NCBI GenBank assembly: GCA_001800675.1
Contig: MGVW01000005.1
Coordinates: forward strand, 7,493 to 71,492
DNA from: Euryarchaeota archaeon RBG_13_57_23
GTDB lineage: Archaea > Thermoplasmatota > Thermoplasmata > UBA10834
DNA: 64,000 bases
Direction: 5' to 3'
The translations under genes were made by a program, and so were the position numbers. How positions within the stretch are numbered: the stretch's first letter is position 1; each line of letters opens with the position of its first letter. Positions 29,259 to 39,035 of this stretch are shown piece by piece. Below the pieces are notes generated by a model. The model searched no databases. It saw only the letters and a program-made list of their open reading frames with translations, and was not told the origin of the DNA.

Positions 29259-29329
29259 TCCCGTGGCGGTCAAGCAAGGAAATATACTACTTCGAACTAC
29301 ACAGAGCATCTACTCCATCGGGCGATAGC

Positions 29330-30568
29330 ATGAACGCGAGAGAGCTGATGCAGGCGGTAGCTGAGGATAGGGATGAACTACTGGGCAATTTCTGCGCGAT
29401 GCTGCGGATAAGCGCCGTGGGCCCTGAGAACGGGGGCGAAGGCGAGTCCGAGCGCGCGAAGTTCTTGACCAAGCTGGCCAGGGATCTCGGGTTCAAGTCC
29501 GTGGATGTGCTAGAATCTGCTGACCCGCGGGTCCCCTCAGGCAAGAGGCCGAACATAATCATAAAGCTCAGAGGGAGTTCCGACAAAAATCTGTGGGTCG
29601 TCACACACATGGATACAGTCCCCGTCGGAGACTTGAGCGCGTGGAAATCCCCTCCGTTTGAGCCGAGGGTCGAGGATGGCAAGATATTCGCCAGAGGGTC
29701 CGAGGACAACGGACAGGAGCTGATCGCGTCGCTGTATGGGCTCAAGGCTCTCGCGAGGAACGGGATGACCCCAGAGTGCAACATAGGACTCGTGTTCGTG
29801 GCTGACGAGGAAATGGGCAACGCCCATGGCATCGATTTCCTCCTGCAGAAGAACATCTTTCGGAAAGAGGACCTAGCAGTCGTGCCGGATCACGGCGAGA
29901 AGGACGGCTCCGGCATAGTGGTGGTGGAGAAAGGGATCGCATGGATAGAGGTCGAGGTGGTTGGTGTTCAGACCCATGCGAGCACGCCCGAGAAAGGTGT
30001 GAACGCTTTCGAGGCGGCTGCGCGGTTCATGTTGCTCGCACTTGAGCGCCTGAGAAAGAGATTCATTGTGTGCGATCCTCTCTTCGATCCGCCCTGCAGT
30101 ACATTCGCTCCTACAAGGTGCGAAGCGAACGGCCCGAACATAAACACCGTCCCAGGTCGGCAGCGATTCGCTTTCGATTTTCGAGTTCTGCCTGAGTACA
30201 GTCTTGACGACGTGATGTATGAGGTGCGTGCAGCCGCTGACGATATCGAGAAGTCGACTGGGGCGAGGATAAACCTGAAGCTCGATCAAAGGGCGGATGC
30301 TGCTCCGAGGACTGAAGCGAATGCCGAGATTGTGAGAAGGCTCTCTGCGGCCATTCAAGTGGTTCGCGGCCTCAAAGCTCGCCCAAGAGGGATGGGGGGC
30401 GGCACGTGTGCGGCCCCTTTCAGGCGCCTGGGGATTCAGGCGGCCGTGTGGTCCACATCCTCGCAGACGGCGCACGACGCCAACGAGTACTGTAAACTGG
30501 AAGATGTTATCGCAGACGCACAGGTTTACGCCCTGCTTTTCGCCGGGAAGAACCTCGATAGCAACTAG
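29330..30568 (+). CDS. M20 family metallo-hydrolase (ArgE/DapE-like)
   Basis: HMDTVP, GSEDNGQ, ADEE, HASTP, GGGT, AH.ANEY. Confidence 0.9.
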   Translation: MNARELMQAVAEDRDELLGNFCAMLRISAVGPENGGEGESERAKFLTKLARDLGFKSVDVLESADPRVPSGKRPNIIIKLRGSSDKNLWVVTHMDTVPVGDLSAWKSPPFEPRVEDGKIFARGSEDNGQELIASLYGLKALARNGMTPECNIGLVFVADEEMGNAHGIDFLLQKNIFRKEDLAVVPDHGEKDGSGIVVVEKGIAWIEVEVVGVQTHASTPEKGVNAFEAAARFMLLALERLRKRFIVCDPLFDPPCSTFAPTRCEANGPNINTVPGRQRFAFDFRVLPEYSLDDVMYEVRAAADDIEKSTGARINLKLDQRADAAPRTEANAEIVRRLSAAIQVVRGLKARPRGMGGGTCAAPFRRLGIQAAVWSTSSQTAHDANEYCKLEDVIADAQVYALLFAGKNLDSN

Positions 30569-31530
30569 AGGCTTTCCGTCGATTTCGCTTGGGGCTCGTT
30601 GAAGATCCTGGCCACCATCCACTCGGGGTCGAACCTTCTGAACTCTTCGTACTCCTGGCCTACGCTCACATAGGCGATGGGCTTGCCTATGGTCTTGGCG
30701 ATGGAGAGGGCAGCGCCTCCTTTGGCGTCGGCATCCACCTTGGTGAGAATCACGCCGTCTATGCCGACTGCGCCATCGAACCTCTTCGCCTGCTCCACAG
30801 CATCCGAACCAGCGAGCGCATCTCCCACGAAGAAAACCAGATCCGGTTTCGCGACGCGCCGTATCTTCTTCATCTCGTCCATGAGGTTCGTGTTCGTCTG
30901 CATCCTGCCGGCCGTGTCGATCAGGACAATGTCCTTCTTCCTCGCCTTCGCATGCTCTATGGCGTCGTATGCCACTGCGGCGGGGTCGCTCCCTTCCTGA
31001 TGCTTGATCACTTTGCAGCCGAGCTTCTCCGAGTGCAATGTGAGCTGCTCTATCGCGCCTGCTCGGAAGGTGTCTCCCGCCGCGAGCACCACGGAAAGCC
31101 CATGCTTCTGCATCCGATGGGCCATCTTTGCGATGGCAGTGGTCTTCCCACCCCCGTTGATCCCTACGAACATGATAACAAAAGGTGGCGTCTTCTTCTT
31201 GATGAGGTCCATCATCCCGAAGGACTTCTGCTCGAGGACTTCCTTGACCGCAGCCCTCAGGGCGAGTCTCACGGCCTCGTCGATGTCGAAAGATTTGTCG
31301 ATTCGTTTTCCGAGCAGAGAGGCCTTGACGCTCTTTGTCAGCTCCTCCGCTACGGGAAGGGCGACATCTGCCTGGAGGAGGCCGAGCTGGAGCTCCTCGA
31401 GGAGATCGTCCAGCATGCTTTCCTTCAGGCGTCTTCCGGATTCGTCGACTACCTCAGAGATGTCCTCGATGCTCTTCGTCTTCGCCTCTTCCGAGACCGA
31501 GGAAAAGCGCTCCCTGAGCCCCTTGAACAT
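30565..31530 (-). CDS. ftsY: SRP receptor FtsY
   Basis: GINGGGKTT, DTFRAGA, DTAGR, TKVDADAKGGA. Confidence 0.96.
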   Translation of the reverse strand: MFKGLRERFSSVSEEAKTKSIEDISEVVDESGRRLKESMLDDLLEELQLGLLQADVALPVAEELTKSVKASLLGKRIDKSFDIDEAVRLALRAAVKEVLEQKSFGMMDLIKKKTPPFVIMFVGINGGGKTTAIAKMAHRMQKHGLSVVLAAGDTFRAGAIEQLTLHSEKLGCKVIKHQEGSDPAAVAYDAIEHAKARKKDIVLIDTAGRMQTNTNLMDEMKKIRRVAKPDLVFFVGDALAGSDAVEQAKRFDGAVGIDGVILTKVDADAKGGAALSIAKTIGKPIAYVSVGQEYEEFRRFDPEWMVARIFNEPQAKSTESL

Positions 31531-31539
31531 GTGCCGCCC

Positions 31540-31986
31540 TCAGATCTTGCCGGCTGACTGAAGCGCCTCAACCTGTGACTGCACCTTCTCCGATAGTTCC
31601 TGAACCAGCGCCTCCGTCTGGGCCGCTCTGTCAATAATTGATTTGAAAGCGCGTGATAGCTCGTCAATCTTCTCGTCCAAGAATTTCTCCGCCTCTTCCG
31701 GACTTCTTCTAACGGTGACGCCTGAGCCTATTCCCAGTATCGCGGTCCTGTTGTCCGAGATCTTCGCGTGAACGAAAGAGTCGGCACCAATAGGAATCAG
31801 CAGCTCGTCATTTGTGGGCCCCTTCATGAGCGACTTCACAGTCTCTCTTGCCCTCACATGCTCCTCGACCGCGAGCTGGATTAGCTGCTGCTGCTTCGAG
31901 AGCCCCTCGAGCTGAGCCTTTGCCGTCTCGAGCATCATGTAGTCTTCTTGCAGCTTCCTTTCGTCGACGGCCTGAGGTGTAGTCAC
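31540..31986 (-). CDS. pfdA: Prefoldin alpha subunit
   Basis: Coiled coils flanking LIPIGA and LGIGSG hairpins; conserved LX-pfdA-ftsY order. Confidence 0.92.
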   Translation of the reverse strand: MTTPQAVDERKLQEDYMMLETAKAQLEGLSKQQQLIQLAVEEHVRARETVKSLMKGPTNDELLIPIGADSFVHAKISDNRTAILGIGSGVTVRRSPEEAEKFLDEKIDELSRAFKSIIDRAAQTEALVQELSEKVQSQVEALQSAGKI

Positions 31987-32216
31987 TTCTTCGCCTCCAG
32001 CATGTGCCTTACCGCGTGGTCGGTTACCTCTTCGACCCGGAGCGACTTCACTACCACGATCTGTATGTTCTTCCGTTTGACCTTGTGCCTGCTTCCCATC
32101 AGGGCGAGAGTCTTCTCCTTCGCCGCCGACTCGTCCGCGGCAGCTACCTCAAGCGCGAACGGCTGCCATTTGCGGTGAGATTCAATGAACTGACCGCTGA
32201 CTTCGAACGCCTTCAT
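31983..32216 (-). CDS. rpl18a: 50S ribosomal protein L18Ae (LX/L20a)
   Basis: MKAFEVSG...F..EV.A.....A.EK....MGSRHKVKR.NI.I. Confidence 0.93.
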   Translation of the reverse strand: MKAFEVSGQFIESHRKWQPFALEVAAADESAAKEKTLALMGSRHKVKRKNIQIVVVKSLRVEEVTDHAVRHMLEAKK

Positions 32217-32330
32217 CGTGACCAGCCCGCCCTAGAGCGGGCACTTGGGATAAAGCTTTTGCTCGCAACCAGGGCGCTAATTCGAGGGCTACACAACATT
32301 CATTATGCACGCGCACAATGTGAAATATCC

Positions 32331-33176
32331 GTGGCAAGAACGATTGAGTGCTTCTACCCAGGAGACAGCTTCCCAGCGATTTCGATCACGGGCAGAGCAT
32401 GCTCCATGAACTGCAAGCACTGCGGGAAGAAGTACCTCGAAGGCATGGTCCCTGCCACGACCCCAGGGGACCTTCTTGAGATCGCGGAGGCACTCGCGCA
32501 GCGAGGAGCGAACGGCTTCTTGCTGAGCGGAGGGGCGGACCCCCTAGGCAAGGTCAAGCTCGCAAACTATGCAGAGGCCATCAGTGAGATCAAGTCATCG
32601 ACCGACCTGAAAATCAACGCGCACATAGGCCTCACGTCTACTAGCGATATCAACAGACTCGTGGAGTCGGGAATCGATGCGTTCTCTGTGGACGTCTACG
32701 GCTCCGACGAGACGATTCACGAAGTCCTCGGGCTCGACGCGGAGGTGCGCGATTATCACAGAGTCTTGGACGACCTCGAGCATGCGGGCGCCAAAATAGT
32801 CGCGCCGCACATCTGCATAGGAATCCACGGAGGAGAGCTCAGGGGTGAATTCGATGCAATAAAGGCGCTAAAATCGCACGCCCCGAAGACCTTGATTCTG
32901 ATATCGTTGATACCGACGAAGGGGACTGCATACCAAGATGTCGCAGCCCCTTCCGCCAGCGACATCATCTCGGTCGTGCGAAACGCCAGAGAATCTCTTC
33001 CCAGGACAAGATTGCTGCTGGGCTGCATGCGCTCGAAGCTGGATCGGTCGCACGAATGCGGTCTCGTTGCCGCAGGGCTTGACGGCATCGTGTTGCCCGC
33101 GAACAGCACGGTCGAGAGATTGATTGCAGAAGGGTACAGGATCCGGAAGCGATCGGTTTGCTGCTCCATTGGTTAG
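32331..33176 (+). CDS. Radical SAM protein, LipS1-like
   Basis: CSMNCKHC cluster motif, LLSGG, GCMR and terminal CC; start set to GTG 32331. Confidence 0.8.
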   Translation: MARTIECFYPGDSFPAISITGRACSMNCKHCGKKYLEGMVPATTPGDLLEIAEALAQRGANGFLLSGGADPLGKVKLANYAEAISEIKSSTDLKINAHIGLTSTSDINRLVESGIDAFSVDVYGSDETIHEVLGLDAEVRDYHRVLDDLEHAGAKIVAPHICIGIHGGELRGEFDAIKALKSHAPKTLILISLIPTKGTAYQDVAAPSASDIISVVRNARESLPRTRLLLGCMRSKLDRSHECGLVAAGLDGIVLPANSTVERLIAEGYRIRKRSVCCSIG

Positions 33177-33177
33177 G

Positions 33178-34023
33178 TCATTTGTAGATGGAGCCTGCGG
33201 AATATTTCCTCTCGATCGGTATGAGGTATGCGACCCAGGCGACGTTCGTGACGACGAACGCGATCAGAAGAAGCGAAGTGATACCGGTGAATGTCCCAGA
33301 CACTTCTTTCATGAGCGTGACCACCGCGCTCGTCCCTATGTCGTCCATGCTGTTAATCACGATGTAGAATCTCGTGAATTTGTCCAACTTGGGGATCTCG
33401 ATCAGGAGCTCGTTGTCAATCGTGATGTAATCGACCGTATTCAGCCGGTATGAGGCGAGGGCACTCAGTGAATCCGGGCCGGTGTAGTATTGTCGGAACA
33501 GTTCCTCGATGATGATGTAGACCTGAATCTGCCTTGCAGCGGTGACATGAACACTGGAAGTCTCCATGAGCGCTAACACATCGGACGAGTAAAAGTACGG
33601 GGGGTAGGTGCCAGGGGTTATGTAGACCGACTCGTTCCTCGACTCCTCTATTCCACCGATTATCGATGGCACCGTTATCGTCATGACCACAGCCGCTGCG
33701 ATTGCTGCCATTATGATGGACCGTTTCATAGATCGTTTCGCCATGAGATGACGCGCGCTAGAACTGCGAGCGAAGCGGAGCTCAAGCATTCTGAAGAAGA
33801 AACTCTCGAGGCAGATGATCAGGAGCAGGAGAACGAGGACGCCGAAGAACGCGTCGAGAGGAATATAGACGTAGGGGTCGACAGTCGCCCCGCCAAAGAC
33901 GAATATGGTCACGACCGCTAGGGCGACCAGCATCACTGCCTGTACCGCGTACAGCGTCAGCTTGATCCTGTGGATCCTGCTGAGGCGTATGGAATCCTCA
34001 AGGACTTTGCCAGAGGCAGGCAT
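33178..34023 (-). CDS. Hypothetical multi-pass membrane protein
   Basis: Four TM segments with a soluble beta-rich domain before the last; TATA-like ATTTAAT upstream. Confidence 0.7.
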   Translation of the reverse strand: MPASGKVLEDSIRLSRIHRIKLTLYAVQAVMLVALAVVTIFVFGGATVDPYVYIPLDAFFGVLVLLLLIICLESFFFRMLELRFARSSSARHLMAKRSMKRSIIMAAIAAAVVMTITVPSIIGGIEESRNESVYITPGTYPPYFYSSDVLALMETSSVHVTAARQIQVYIIIEELFRQYYTGPDSLSALASYRLNTVDYITIDNELLIEIPKLDKFTRFYIVINSMDDIGTSAVVTLMKEVSGTFTGITSLLLIAFVVTNVAWVAYLIPIERKYSAGSIYK

Positions 34024-34131
34024 CGTCTGTAAAAATGCAGAGGTCTGATTAAATAGTTTTCCGCTCCGGTCTGCCTTGTGAAAATGACACTGGCCGTAAA
34101 AGACTGACATGCGCGGGGCCGTCGACCCGGT

Positions 34132-35367
34132 CTATGCCTTCGTGCTTATGCTCGCCAACTTCCTACACAAAAGGTACACTGCGGCGAATTCGGGGACAGA
34201 GTTGCTACCAGAATCCAAAGCAAAGTCGCGCCCCTTCAAGGTCACGTTGCACGGCTTCTCGCATCTGACCGCCACCTCTTCCTCCCCGAAGGCTTTGGAC
34301 ACTGCGTCATCGAATGGGTTGAAACCGGTCAGCTCCCGCCTTGTCAATGGGACGACCTCGAATCCAGTCTTCCCGTGGAGTGATGTGGGCAGCCTGATCA
34401 ATCTCTTGATGTCAGATGTGACCGGCTCATCGGTCTCGCCCTTCATCCTCCCCCTGACACGCATGTCCACGAGGTCAAGGAACGCATCGGAGTGTCGTTT
34501 CTCTGAGAACACCTCGAAGGTGTTCTCCGCCCTCATCCTGTCGACTCCGCGTTTGCCGGTCTTCCCGCCGAACAGATCCTTGTAGAGCCCTTCCAATGTC
34601 TTCTTGCCGATGTCCCTTTTGGATTCCTCGAAGAGTTCGGCCAGTTTCGACCGCGCGTCGACTGGGTCCATCGACTCTATCTCATCGAGGAGGGTGTCAA
34701 TCCCCTTCCTGATGCGCCTCCGCCAACCGCCGTCATCGAGGGACGGCATCGTTCTCTTCTTGTCGGAGTCTACTCTGTCCTTGAACCTGGATATCTCGAA
34801 TGGTTTGGGAGGGAACAACCAATCGATGTCGAGGTCTGTGCCAGTCACGAAGTCCACGATCTCGCGTCTCTCGTGGCTGGTCAGCCGCAGGACTTTGGGG
34901 GAGTTTATGTGGACGTGGTACCCCCTTCCACCTGAGAACGCTATCTTGAGCTCGTTTTCGGGGACCCCAAGGTCCCCAAGAAGGAACTCATCGACCAATC
35001 TCGTGACCTCCTCCTTGACCCTCTCGAGCATCTTCTCGTAGGGCATGTTCTGAGCGCCCTCTACATGGTCCGCGTCCAGGTCGAAGATCAGGTCCGCGCC
35101 CAGCCATTTCTTTTCGGGCATGGTTTGGGCGTCTGGTTTCTCATAGTACGCGCACGAGTAGTAGACATGCGCGGGTGTCTGCTCAATCAAATACTTCTTC
35201 AAGGAAGCCCTCGTAGGAAAGGCTGTGTGGCGCACCATGCCTTGGCGGTCGTAGAACATGAATCCGAACTCTCTTTTGGAGAACCTGTCGGGCATTGCCA
35301 GAGCGGTCTGTCTGTAGTGTCTGGAGAACATCTTCATGATGAACCGGGTCGATTCGTCAATGACCAT
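34132..35367 (-). CDS. priS: DNA primase catalytic subunit
   Basis: REFGF, LIFDLDAD, FSGGRGYH, D..VT.DIKRLIRLPTSLHGKTG. Confidence 0.95.
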   Translation of the reverse strand: MVIDESTRFIMKMFSRHYRQTALAMPDRFSKREFGFMFYDRQGMVRHTAFPTRASLKKYLIEQTPAHVYYSCAYYEKPDAQTMPEKKWLGADLIFDLDADHVEGAQNMPYEKMLERVKEEVTRLVDEFLLGDLGVPENELKIAFSGGRGYHVHINSPKVLRLTSHERREIVDFVTGTDLDIDWLFPPKPFEISRFKDRVDSDKKRTMPSLDDGGWRRRIRKGIDTLLDEIESMDPVDARSKLAELFEESKRDIGKKTLEGLYKDLFGGKTGKRGVDRMRAENTFEVFSEKRHSDAFLDLVDMRVRGRMKGETDEPVTSDIKRLIRLPTSLHGKTGFEVVPLTRRELTGFNPFDDAVSKAFGEEEVAVRCEKPCNVTLKGRDFALDSGSNSVPEFAAVYLLCRKLASISTKA

Positions 35368-35490
35368 CGCGCTGAGTCATCCGAGTGGCCAGTATATTAA
35401 GCTCACATCGGAGTGTTGCATGCATGTAGACCTGTGATGAAAAACATAAAAACCCCGCAGGGGCATCATATCGCAAGCCTGGTCGATGCA

Positions 35491-36375
35491 ATGATAAAGA
35501 CCTACATCCGAGTGGAGCTGAGCAGCGAGGGCGAATCCCCGAAGCAGGTAATCGAGCGAATGAGGAGGATCGGCGCGGTTCCGATGGTCGGGGACTACGA
35601 TTTCGAGCTGAGGCTCACGGAGGATGAGAGGTTGTTCGACAAACTCGAGGAGATACACCGCGCCCTGAAAGGTTCGAACATACGGTATGCGCTGACGACG
35701 CGCACCGACGCCGAAGCCGAAGACATGATTAGGAGCAAGCGCGAGATCGCCCACTATTTCGGCGAGAAGCCAGTCGAGCTGAAGAAGGCTCTCTACAAGG
35801 CGAAACTGGATCGTTGGAGGGAGATGGGGCTTGAGGTCTCAGAGCTCGAGGAACTCTTGGAGAAGGACCTCGACTCCTTCAAGACGGTTAGCAAGCAGTT
35901 CCTCCGCACGCACCTCGATCAGATGGTCGTGAAGGACAAGAGCCCCGCGAACAACGTCATCGACATGCATGTGCTCGCAGTGCTCGACGAAAAAGGAAAA
36001 GACATCCGCGACCTCGCGCAGAGGACGAAGTACTCAGAAGAGCAGGTCACGCTCTCGCTTGGAAGGCTCATATCCGCGGGGAGCGCGATCAGATCCCAGA
36101 GCGGAGATACAGAGACGTTCTCTCTCACACCTCCACCAGCGCCTCCCAACCACTTCAGGAAGACGGCCACGATCGTAGCTGCGAAGAGCGAGGTAGAAGC
36201 AGAGAAGAGGATAATGGACTCGATTTCCACGGAAGGCATCTCGTCAAGAGATTTAGTCAGGGCGGCGGAGCTGCCCCGGGACCAGTTCGTGAAGGCTTTG
36301 AAAACCCTCCAGAAGGATGGGAAGGTAAAGATTATCAAGAGGAATCAGAGGGAATTCTACTACATGAGGGCCTGA
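35491..36375 (+). CDS. Hypothetical protein: small alpha/beta N-terminal domain, helical linker and two winged-helix-like domains
   Basis: KTYIRVELSSEGESP...GDYDF domain; two HTH-wing units (DIRDLAQRT...LGRLISAG and SSRDLVRAA...LKTLQKDGKV). Confidence 0.7.
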   Translation: MIKTYIRVELSSEGESPKQVIERMRRIGAVPMVGDYDFELRLTEDERLFDKLEEIHRALKGSNIRYALTTRTDAEAEDMIRSKREIAHYFGEKPVELKKALYKAKLDRWREMGLEVSELEELLEKDLDSFKTVSKQFLRTHLDQMVVKDKSPANNVIDMHVLAVLDEKGKDIRDLAQRTKYSEEQVTLSLGRLISAGSAIRSQSGDTETFSLTPPPAPPNHFRKTATIVAAKSEVEAEKRIMDSISTEGISSRDLVRAAELPRDQFVKALKTLQKDGKVKIIKRNQREFYYMRA

Positions 36376-36398
36376 ACCGAGGCCATACTTCGGTTTTC
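36375..36398 (+). terminator. Hairpin terminator-like element
   Basis: AACCGAGG-ccata-CTTCGGTT followed by TTC directly after the stop. Confidence 0.45.
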
Positions 36399-36466
36399 GC
36401 TGGCACGGCCTCCAAAGGTTTAATAGAGAACCGCCCGATTGAGCGATCCCCTTCTGCAGGTGACCG

Positions 36467-37336
36467 ATGAAGGCGCTCGAACTCAATAACGTCCGCTTCA
36501 AGTATCGTGATTTTCAGAACTGGGCACTGGACTCAGTATCGCTCGAGGTCGAGAAAGGCGAGTTCGTGACCATTCTCGGGTGCAACGGCTCTGGGAAATC
36601 CACATTGTGTCTCCTGACGAACGGCCTCATACCGCATGCGATCCAAGGGAACCTGCAAGGCTCGGTCTCCGTTTTCGGGAACAACGTCGGGGAGCAGCCG
36701 GTCTCTCAGTCCGCGACGAAGGTCGGCATCGTATTCCAGGAGCCCGAGAGCCAGCTGTTCTGCATGAGTGTCGAGGAGGAGGTGGCCTTCGGCCCGGAGA
36801 ACCTGGCAGTTCCTCGGGAGGAGATCAAGACGCGCGTGGAGTGGGCGCTAGAACTCGTCGGCATGAAGGGGTACAACAACCGCTCTCCCTTCAGTCTCTC
36901 GGGCGGACAGAAGCAGCGTGTGGCGATCGCGGCAGCGCTGTCGATGCGGCCCGAAATGCTGGTCCTCGACGAACCAGCATATGCGCTGGACCCCGTCGGC
37001 AGACTCGGCCTCTATTCGGTCCTGAGGGACCTGAAGGAGAAACATGGCATGACGGTCATCCTCGCGGAGAGGGATGCCGAGGAGGCCCTCGCGTTCTCTG
37101 ATCGGTTCGTGTTGATGAAGGATGGGAAGCTGCTCGAATCAGGTCCTCCGAGGCAGGTGCTCAGGGACCCTGCCAAGCTGAGAGAGATAGGAGTCGCGCC
37201 TCCCCAGGTGACCGAGGTAGCGTCATTGCTCAACACTCGAATGGGCACGTCGAAGTTCTCTTTCCTCACGGTCGAAGAGGCTGAGCGGGCCATTCTCGAG
37301 GAAGTCCTGAAACCCAAGAAGGAGGGAAGACGGTGA
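36467..37336 (+). CDS. ecfA1: ECF transporter ATPase A1
   Basis: GCNGSGKST, VFQEP, LSGGQKQR, LDEP. Confidence 0.9.
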   Translation: MKALELNNVRFKYRDFQNWALDSVSLEVEKGEFVTILGCNGSGKSTLCLLTNGLIPHAIQGNLQGSVSVFGNNVGEQPVSQSATKVGIVFQEPESQLFCMSVEEEVAFGPENLAVPREEIKTRVEWALELVGMKGYNNRSPFSLSGGQKQRVAIAAALSMRPEMLVLDEPAYALDPVGRLGLYSVLRDLKEKHGMTVILAERDAEEALAFSDRFVLMKDGKLLESGPPRQVLRDPAKLREIGVAPPQVTEVASLLNTRMGTSKFSFLTVEEAERAILEEVLKPKKEGRR

Positions 37337-38190
37337 TTCCCAGCGCCCATGGGATTCCGCGGGAGGAGAAGATCATCTCCACACGCAATCTCAAGTTCAC
37401 GTACGAAGGGGGTGTTCAGGCTCTCCAAGGGCTCAACCTCGACATCAGGTCCGGCGACTATGTTGCCATCGTTGGGGGGAACGGGTCCGGGAAGACCACC
37501 CTGGCGAAGGCACTGAACGGCCTCCTGAAACCGACCAGCGGCACGGTCATGGTGAACGGTATGCCCACTTCGGAGCTTAAGGTGGCAGAGATCGCCAAGG
37601 TCGTCGGATACGCGTTCCAGAACCCGGACCATCAACTGTTCTGCTCATCTGTGGAGGACGAAGTGAGATTCGGCCCTCTGAACCTCGGTTACCCGGAGCA
37701 AGAGGTTCGCCAAAAGGTGGAGCGAGCAATCGAGGCCATGAACCTGGGCCAGCTGAGGGCGTTGGCTCCGCTGTCTCTCAGGCTCGGGGAGAGGCGTAGG
37801 GTCTCAATCGCATCTGTGATTGCGATGGATCCGCAGGTGCTGATTCTCGATGAACCGACGACCGGCCTTGACGCAGGCGAATCGCTCGAGCTGATGAACA
37901 GCCTCAAGCGGCTCAACGCTGAGGGCAAGACGATCATCCTGATCACTCATGATATGAAGGTCGTGGCGGAGCACGCGAGGCGCGTGATCGTGATGGCAAA
38001 CGGCAGGATGATACTGGACTCCGACAGCCGAGGTGTCTTCTCCGACCTTGCCATACTCGGTGAGAGCAATCTAGAACCACCGCCGGTGGTAAGGCTCGCG
38101 CACAGGCTCGCCAAGCACGGGATCCCTCATGATGTGATGTCCGTCGAGGAATTAGTGTTCCAGCTCCTTAGGTCGAGAGGTGGTGGATGA
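37333..38190 (+). CDS. ecfA2: ECF transporter ATPase A2
   Basis: GGNGSGKTT, FQNPDHQ, LDEPTTGLD, ITHDM. Confidence 0.9.
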   Translation: MIPSAHGIPREEKIISTRNLKFTYEGGVQALQGLNLDIRSGDYVAIVGGNGSGKTTLAKALNGLLKPTSGTVMVNGMPTSELKVAEIAKVVGYAFQNPDHQLFCSSVEDEVRFGPLNLGYPEQEVRQKVERAIEAMNLGQLRALAPLSLRLGERRRVSIASVIAMDPQVLILDEPTTGLDAGESLELMNSLKRLNAEGKTIILITHDMKVVAEHARRVIVMANGRMILDSDSRGVFSDLAILGESNLEPPPVVRLAHRLAKHGIPHDVMSVEELVFQLLRSRGGG

Positions 38191-38978
38191 TGGGAGGGTT
38201 CATCGATCTCTACACGGAGGCCGACACCTTCCTACACCGGATGGACCCGCGGGTGAAGATCGTCGCAGTCCTGTTGCTCAGCCTGTTGGCATTCATCCTG
38301 TCGCACCTCTACCTCCTCCTCGCGCTCCTCACCTTCATATTCCTGTTGCTGTTCCTTGCACGCGCGACGATATCGAGGACAGCGTTCGCGCTCAAGTTCG
38401 TGCTACGGTTCATGGTTCTCATAATCATCCTTTGGCCGATCTTCGACCCCACTGGTACGCCTGTACTCGCTTCACTAGGGCCTATCAAGATAACTGAGCC
38501 CGCGGTCTGGAGAGGGGTGACATCTGCCGCGCGTGTCGGCTGTCTGGCTACTGTTTGGTACATACTCATGTTCACTACGTCGCAGAGAGACCTCGTAAGG
38601 GCTCTTGTGAAGATGGGCGTCAGATTCGATTTCGGGCTCACGCTGGCGATCTCGCTCAGATTCCTCCCGACCTTCGGGGCACTGATAGACTCGATCAAGG
38701 ACGCCCAGCGGGCCAGAGGTCTGGAGCTCAGCAAGGGAGGGCTTCTGAAGAGGTCGAAGAACTACGTCGCCGTTCTCGTTCCGACCATCGTATCTGCCCT
38801 TCGGACTGCGGACACCCTGTCGTTGGCTCTACAATCACGAGCCTACGGTGCGAGGGCGGACCGGACCTATCTGAGAGATCTGAACATGCGTCCGTCCGAC
38901 TATGTGGCGCTCGCAGTCCTCGCAGCAATTCTGGTGCTTCCGGCCTTCGCCAAGTTCGTAATGCAAGTTGATATATGA
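38187..38978 (+). CDS. ecfT: ECF transporter transmembrane T component
   Basis: LHRMDPRVK, LRFLP, AQRARG and ALQSRAY motifs. Confidence 0.92.
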   Translation: MMGGFIDLYTEADTFLHRMDPRVKIVAVLLLSLLAFILSHLYLLLALLTFIFLLLFLARATISRTAFALKFVLRFMVLIIILWPIFDPTGTPVLASLGPIKITEPAVWRGVTSAARVGCLATVWYILMFTTSQRDLVRALVKMGVRFDFGLTLAISLRFLPTFGALIDSIKDAQRARGLELSKGGLLKRSKNYVAVLVPTIVSALRTADTLSLALQSRAYGARADRTYLRDLNMRPSDYVALAVLAAILVLPAFAKFVMQVDI

Positions 38979-39035
38979 CCGCGGATTCCGCTCTTGTAGA
39001 GTTTAAGTACCACGTCAGCTTGTAGCATCATCCGG

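Noticed and set aside
32004-32330. 109-aa N-terminal extension of the radical SAM ORF
   Set aside because: It overlaps the L18Ae gene on the opposite strand; family similarity begins near GTG 32331.
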